From IMG/VR virus record IMGVR_UViG_3300013342_000002: a stretch of 20,000 nucleotides of DNA; one strand, given 5' to 3'. Both the position numbers and the translations under genes were made by a program. Source of the DNA: an uncultured virus (IMG/VR IMGVR_UViG_3300013342_000002) (Duplodnaviria; Heunggongvirae; Uroviricota; Caudoviricetes). The notes beneath the pieces are model-generated. The model had not been told where the DNA came from and did not search any database. It saw nothing but the letters and a program-made list of their open reading frames with translations. The first letter of the stretch is position 1; every line of letters begins with the position of its first letter. Below are positions 15,563 through 20,000 of this stretch, one piece after another.

Positions 15563-16023
15563 ACCGCGCGGCGATCGCCATCTGCGCCTTCGCCCTCTGG
15601 TCAGCGGCCATGTTCGGCGCAGGCTGGGCATGGCGCGGTGATCGGGCCGACGGCAGGGAGGCAAACCAGCGCGCCGCCGGCGCAGAGGAAGTCGCCGCCC
15701 AGGTGAACCAGACCCGTGCAACCGAACACGCCCAGGCCGAGACCATGGCCGCCATCGGAGCCAAGCATGAAGAAGACCGAACCGCGGCCCCGGCCGTCGC
15801 TGATGCTGTTGTGGCTGGTGTGCGTGCTGGCGATCTCCGGCTGCGCGACGGGTGGGCGAGCTGCGAGACCCAGCGTCTGTCCGACGCCGTCGCCGCCGCC
15901 AGCGAACGTGATGCGGCCGCCGAACGCCGAGCAGAGTTTGCGGGCGCTGTTGTTCGAGTCGGGCGAGACGCCGACGACCAACTCGCGGCCTGCCAAGCCG
16001 TAGTCCGCGCGCTGGGGCGGTAA
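15559..16023 (+). CDS. i-spanin (Rz-like)
   Basis: N-terminal TM helix, an Ala-rich coiled coil, GDLRLR and C-terminal QLAACQ. Follows the endolysin. Confidence 0.85.
   Translation: MNRAAIAICAFALWSAAMFGAGWAWRGDRADGREANQRAAGAEEVAAQVNQTRATEHAQAETMAAIGAKHEEDRTAAPAVADAVVAGVRAGDLRLRDGWASCETQRLSDAVAAASERDAAAERRAEFAGAVVRVGRDADDQLAACQAVVRALGR
15767..16003 (+). CDS. o-spanin lipoprotein (Rz1-like), embedded in the +1 frame
   Basis: GGAG RBS, ATG 15767, lipobox LAISG-C and a Pro-rich mature part (CPTPSPPPA). Fully inside the i-spanin gene. Confidence 0.85.
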   Translation: MKKTEPRPRPSLMLLWLVCVLAISGCATGGRAARPSVCPTPSPPPANVMRPPNAEQSLRALLFESGETPTTNSRPAKP

Positions 16024-16805
16024 TGGCCAAGAAGCGCGTCCCGCTGCACCAGAATCCCCGCGGCTTCGTTGACGTCGACCCCGACGCAACCAACGGCGCC
16101 CAGGTGGGTGTGAATCTGCGTGGGCCCGATGGACAGATCCTGACCGCGGCGCAGGTGATCAACCCCACCGGCGGCAGCAGCGGCGGCCCGAGCAGCATCG
16201 CGTCCACGATCTGGAAGCTGATCCGAGAAGTCCCATCCAACATCCAGAAGCTGGCAGCGCTGATCGGTGCCGGCTTCGCCGCGAGGCAGAGCAACGGCGA
16301 TTGGGCGCTGCGGACGCTGCAGGAAGGTACCGGCATCGACATCGCCAACGCCGACGGCGATGCAGGGAACCCAACGATCGGGCTGGAGGACGTGGCCAAC
16401 TCGGGCACCGGCACGCTCCTGGCGATCACCCGCGACGGCAAGGGCAGGGTGACCGGCACGCGCGATGCCACGATCACCGGCACGGCGCAGCAGATCAATG
16501 TGGCCAACGGCACCGCAGCCGCCGGTCTACCGACGCTTTCTCTGGCTCCTGAAGTCCTGGCGTCACTCGGCAAGGCCGACAGCGCCGTCCAAGAGGTGCG
16601 TCCTGGCACGAACGTCTCGGTGGACAAGTCAGACCCGCGTCGGCCAATCGTATCGGCGTCTGGTGGCGGCTTCGTGCCCTACAACATCCCTGACGGGCAA
16701 TCGTTCTTGGTGCCGCTGAATCAGCAGGCTCTGTTCACTCTACCCATCAACCTCGGCGACGGTTCCAGCATCGTTCTGGACGGCGCGCTGGTGGAGGTTT
16801 CGTAA
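16023..16805 (+). CDS. Tail fibre, proximal part
   Basis: Gly/Thr-rich fibre shaft repeats (GTGIDIANADGDAGNPTI, GTAQQINVANGTAAAGLPTL, ITRDGKGRVTG). TAATG-coupled on both sides. Confidence 0.7.
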   Translation: MAKKRVPLHQNPRGFVDVDPDATNGAQVGVNLRGPDGQILTAAQVINPTGGSSGGPSSIASTIWKLIREVPSNIQKLAALIGAGFAARQSNGDWALRTLQEGTGIDIANADGDAGNPTIGLEDVANSGTGTLLAITRDGKGRVTGTRDATITGTAQQINVANGTAAAGLPTLSLAPEVLASLGKADSAVQEVRPGTNVSVDKSDPRRPIVSASGGGFVPYNIPDGQSFLVPLNQQALFTLPINLGDGSSIVLDGALVEVS

Positions 16806-17605
16806 TGCTGACCATGTTCAAGCGGCTGGCGTCGCTGGTCCCAACTCCTGCCGCCAACAAGGTGACGCTGTTCGTCAGCGACACCGGCATCCCGTCGTAC
16901 AAGGATGACGCTGGCCTGGTCACGCCGATGAGCGGCCAGCCAATCCCTGCCGGCTACATCGATGGCCTGAAGATGGAGTGGGTATCGGGCACGCAGATCC
17001 GTTTCACTTCCGGCTCGGCCTACATCCCGTCGCTGGGGCGAGCGCTGGCACTCGCTGCGGCTGTCACGAAGTCGCCATCGTTGGCGGCCAGCACCTGGTA
17101 TCACGCTTACCTCTACAGCAACGGCGGAACGCCTGATGTGGAGGTGACGACCACAGCGCCGGATACCCCATACAGCGGCACCGCCCGGACGAAGACCGGC
17201 GACACCTCGCGCCGATACATCGGTAGCTTTCGAACTGATGCGGCGGGAGCAATCATCAATTTCCGTCAATCTGGAACGGAAGTTTTCTACCTAGCCAACA
17301 TATTTCCTGCTCCGTTCCAGGTTCTCGCCAATGGCAATGCGAGCACAGCCACTAGCGTTTCATGCTCAGCGATTGTTCCAGAGACGGCGAGGATCGGCAC
17401 CTTTATCATCACCAACTCCGATTCGTCCATCCGTGCGGAGATATGGAATAGTGAGGGCGCGCAGGCGATGCTTTTTGTGAACGGTGGCAATAGCAATCAG
17501 GTCCGCGCGATTCTCAATGCTGGCCAGGCGCTTCTCTACACCTTCGTTTCGGCACCGACTGGCAACCTCAATATCCGAACAACGGGATATCAGTATGAGC
17601 GGTAA
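16805..17605 (+). CDS. Tail fibre / receptor-binding protein, distal part
   Basis: Beta-rich, with YIDGLKMEWVS, STWYHAY and RRYIGSFRTD motifs. Precedes a fibre chaperone. Confidence 0.7.
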   Translation: MLTMFKRLASLVPTPAANKVTLFVSDTGIPSYKDDAGLVTPMSGQPIPAGYIDGLKMEWVSGTQIRFTSGSAYIPSLGRALALAAAVTKSPSLAASTWYHAYLYSNGGTPDVEVTTTAPDTPYSGTARTKTGDTSRRYIGSFRTDAAGAIINFRQSGTEVFYLANIFPAPFQVLANGNASTATSVSCSAIVPETARIGTFIITNSDSSIRAEIWNSEGAQAMLFVNGGNSNQVRAILNAGQALLYTFVSAPTGNLNIRTTGYQYER

Positions 17606-17942
17606 CAAATATGCCATCAGTGCCTCTGGATATAGAGCAGTCGATGCCGAGATGCCTTTGGGGGCGGGCGAGATTCTTGCGGATGCCATTCCTGTGGACC
17701 TTCTGCGCCGAATCAAGGCCGATCAGTTGAATTCCGAGCGTAGCCAGCGTCTCCGTGCTACCGACTGGACCCAGATGCCCGATGCGCCCCTGACCGCGTT
17801 GGAGAAGGCGGCCTATCAGACCTACCGGCAGGCGCTTCGTGATCTGCCCAGCGTTCCAGGGTTCCCCGACGTGCCGTGGCCGACATTACCAACCATCAGA
17901 GACGGCACGGCCAGCTCTGGAGAGGGCGCTGTCTACCCCTGA
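17595..17942 (+). CDS. Tail fibre assembly chaperone
   Basis: Start ATG 17595. R..RLRATDWTQMPDAPL...YRQALRDLP..PGFP..PWP signature. Confidence 0.85.
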   Translation: MSGNKYAISASGYRAVDAEMPLGAGEILADAIPVDLLRRIKADQLNSERSQRLRATDWTQMPDAPLTALEKAAYQTYRQALRDLPSVPGFPDVPWPTLPTIRDGTASSGEGAVYP

Positions 17943-17945
17943 TCG

Positions 17946-18611
17946 CTAGGCGACCTGTTGCAGCAGATCCTCGCGGTTGTTGCGAGGCGTGTTCACCGCG
18001 CGGCTGACTCGATAGGCCTCCATCGCCGGCGGTTCACTGGCCAGCAGGATGGCCATGGCATCGTCCGGGCCGGCGGCCATCCACTCATCGAGCTGGCTGG
18101 CCTGCAGCCACACCGGCATGCGGTCGTGGTTGTCGGCCGATACGCCGCTGCTGTCGCCGGTGATGATGGTGAAGGTGCCTAGGTTGCCGTTGGGCAGCAG
18201 CGGGCTGGTGTCCTCCCACAGGCCGGCGGCCAGCAGCGGCCCGGTAGCGTGGATGAACCAGGGGTCTTTCTTCTCGTCGATCGGGCTCACCGACCACTCG
18301 TAGTAGCCTGCCATGGGGATCACGCACCGGCGCTTCTTGAACGCCGACCGGAAGGCGGGCTTGGTGGCCACCGTCTCGATCCGGGCGTTGATGGTCGAGC
18401 CCTGCAGGCCCTTGGCCTTGGCCCAGAACGGCAGGAGGCCCCACGCCAGGCGGGTTACCTGCCGGCCTTCGCCGCGGTCCAGGATCACTGAGGCGCGCTG
18501 TGTCGGCGCCAGGTTGTAGCTGGGCTGGATCTCGGCCAGGCCGGGGGCAAGGTCAGCCAGCCCCGGCTGGCCGAAGTCGATCACGGGGAGCTGGACGAAT
18601 CGGCCGCACAT
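17946..18611 (-). CDS. SOS response-associated peptidase (SRAP/YedK/HMCES family, abasic-site crosslinking)
   Basis: MCGRF N-terminus with INARIET, RRCVIPMAGYYEW and HDRMPV motifs. Confidence 0.95.
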   Translation of the reverse strand: MCGRFVQLPVIDFGQPGLADLAPGLAEIQPSYNLAPTQRASVILDRGEGRQVTRLAWGLLPFWAKAKGLQGSTINARIETVATKPAFRSAFKKRRCVIPMAGYYEWSVSPIDEKKDPWFIHATGPLLAAGLWEDTSPLLPNGNLGTFTIITGDSSGVSADNHDRMPVWLQASQLDEWMAAGPDDAMAILLASEPPAMEAYRVSRAVNTPRNNREDLLQQVA

Positions 18612-18764
18612 GGCCGGAGGGTAGCCCTGTCGGCCGTGGCCGGCGCGTGTAGAGCGTGCCGTCGCATGACCGGATCACTGTCAAGACTGGCCCTGTGGCG
18701 CCCGTCCGCGTTAGCATCCCGTCCCCCTCTGGCGGTGCCGGGGCAATTGGATACACTACCCCGC

Positions 18765-19439
18765 ATGACGAGCATCACCATCCCCGGTGGCCTGCTGGTT
18801 GCCATCGAGGGAATCGATGGGGCCGGCAAGTCGACCTTGGCCAAGGGCCTGACCGAGCGGCTTCGCGCCCATGGCGTGGCCGTTTCGACCAGCAAAGAGC
18901 CGACCAATGGGCCGTGGGGCACCAAACTTCGTCAGTCCGCTGAATCGGGCCGCCTGAGCCCGGAGCAGGAGGTCGAATACCTGCTGGCTGACCGCCGCGA
19001 TCACGTGGAGCAGTTCATCGAACCGGCTCTGCAGCGCGGAGAGGTGGTGATTCTCGACCGCTATTTCCCGTCGATGGTCGCCTACCAGGGGGCTGCCGGG
19101 CTGCCGGTGGAGGACCTGTCGAAGGCCAACGACTTCGCGCCCCGGCCACACCTGATGCTCCTGCTCGACGTTGAGCCGGCCACTGGCCTGGAACGTATCC
19201 GCGCACGTGGCGACAGGCCGAACCACTTCGAGAACGAAGAGAATCTGGCCCTGTGCCGGCAGATCTTCTTGGGCATGGCCGAGCGCACGAAGTGTGTGAT
19301 CGATGCCTCGAAGTCGGAGGCGGATGTATTGGAAGACTCGTATGCCCAGCTCATCCGCCAGTTCGCGCAGAACATCGGCGGCTTGTCGCTGGAGAACATC
19401 GAGAAGGTCGGCACCCTCATGGAAGGGCGGCTGGCTTAA
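18765..19439 (+). CDS. tmk: Thymidylate (dTMP) kinase family protein
   Basis: P-loop IEGIDGAGKST, KEP, ADR..H and VILDRY..S..AYQG motifs. Likely start is ATG 18765. Confidence 0.92.
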   Translation: MTSITIPGGLLVAIEGIDGAGKSTLAKGLTERLRAHGVAVSTSKEPTNGPWGTKLRQSAESGRLSPEQEVEYLLADRRDHVEQFIEPALQRGEVVILDRYFPSMVAYQGAAGLPVEDLSKANDFAPRPHLMLLLDVEPATGLERIRARGDRPNHFENEENLALCRQIFLGMAERTKCVIDASKSEADVLEDSYAQLIRQFAQNIGGLSLENIEKVGTLMEGRLA

Positions 19440-19493
19440 TCCGGTCAGGATTCAATCGCAGCATCTGCGACCGCCAGCCGTATCCTTCCGGCC

Positions 19494-20000
19494 ATGATCT
19501 CCTCCACCTACCAAGGCTTCCGCACCGCTCCGATCCCGTCTGGCTGGGTCCAGACAGGGGAGCGGTGGGATCTGTGGTGGAACGGGCGTTCAGTCGCCAA
19601 TATCACTCCGGCGCCCGGCCGTGGTGTCCGGCTTCACCTGGACGTGCGAAAGATCTTCGAGACCAAGAAGGTTTTTGCCGCCAGCGTGTCTCAGGGCAAG
19701 CGCTACGCCGAACGCTGGTGCGCGGCCAGGCTGTATCCCGATCTGCCTCTGCGCGAGGCCGTTGCTCGGCTGACTGACTCCACGCCGATCCAGCCGGCAC
19801 CGCCGCCCCCCGGTCTGCCTCCGACCCGCGAACAGCAGCAACAGGCCCGGCGATTGGCCGAGGCAACGGCCATCGCCACAGCGCGGGTCAAGGAAGCGTT
19901 GGAGCCCGCCAAGCCGATGCCGGCGACCAAGCCCCGCCCGAGGGACGCCCGCAAGGCGTGGGTGAGGGCAGGGCTGCAGCAGATGCGGCGTGGTGTTTGA
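19494..20000 (+). CDS. Hypothetical phage-associated protein
   Basis: 168 aa complete ORF (stop 19998-20000) preceded by a TATCCT -10-like hexamer. Trp-rich N-domain and a Pro-rich linker. Confidence 0.65.
   Translation: MISSTYQGFRTAPIPSGWVQTGERWDLWWNGRSVANITPAPGRGVRLHLDVRKIFETKKVFAASVSQGKRYAERWCAARLYPDLPLREAVARLTDSTPIQPAPPPPGLPPTREQQQQARRLAEATAIATARVKEALEPAKPMPATKPRPRDARKAWVRAGLQQMRRGV

Larger units (their letters stand above)
1..20000. mobile_element. Temperate podovirus-like prophage segment (morphogenesis, immI-like, lysis, tail fibre, accessory end genes)
   Basis: Co-oriented, translationally coupled structural genes (TAATG/ATGA overlaps). Also Arc/KilA-N regulators, holin-endolysin-spanin, tail fibre chaperone and SRAP. 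No tape-measure or tail-tube-like gene recognised. Confidence 0.93.

Noticed and set aside
16023..17942. Diversity-generating retroelement or invertible tail-fibre system (BPP-1/Mu-like)
   Set aside because: No reverse transcriptase, invertase, TR/VR repeat pair or flanking inverted repeats were seen in the window.
18612..18764. LexA/SOS box upstream of SRAP
   Set aside because: No CTGT-N8-ACAG or other convincing SOS box was found. Only short GC-rich inverted repeats are present.
19440..20000. Prophage attachment site or right boundary
   Set aside because: No tRNA fragment, integrase or identifiable att core is present. The boundary probably lies beyond the window.

Overview
GC-rich window that reads as the distal half of a temperate podovirus-like (P22/BPP-1-type organisation) prophage. 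The host is plausibly Xanthomonadaceae/Stenotrophomonas; this is inference only. Left to right it contains: (1) head-completion and tail-machine genes, where the tail nozzle/stabilisation protein appears split over three ORFs by two grafted adhesin/fibre modules; (2) a gp13/GNAT-like gene and four internal virion/ejection proteins; (3) an expanded P22 immI-like control island with two leftward moron genes, a Mnt-like RHH, an unannotated 49-aa Arc, a KilA-N antirepressor, a second Arc, a candidate sar-like antisense RNA, a Cys-rich ORF and a repressor-CTD-like ORF; (4) a complete holin / SAR endolysin / embedded spanin lysis cassette; (5) a second tail-fibre module with its chaperone; (6) SRAP, a solo thymidylate kinase and a hypothetical gene, all apparently leaderless. 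No integrase, att site, tRNA, rRNA or CRISPR array is visible. All calls come from motif recognition and synteny, not database searches.
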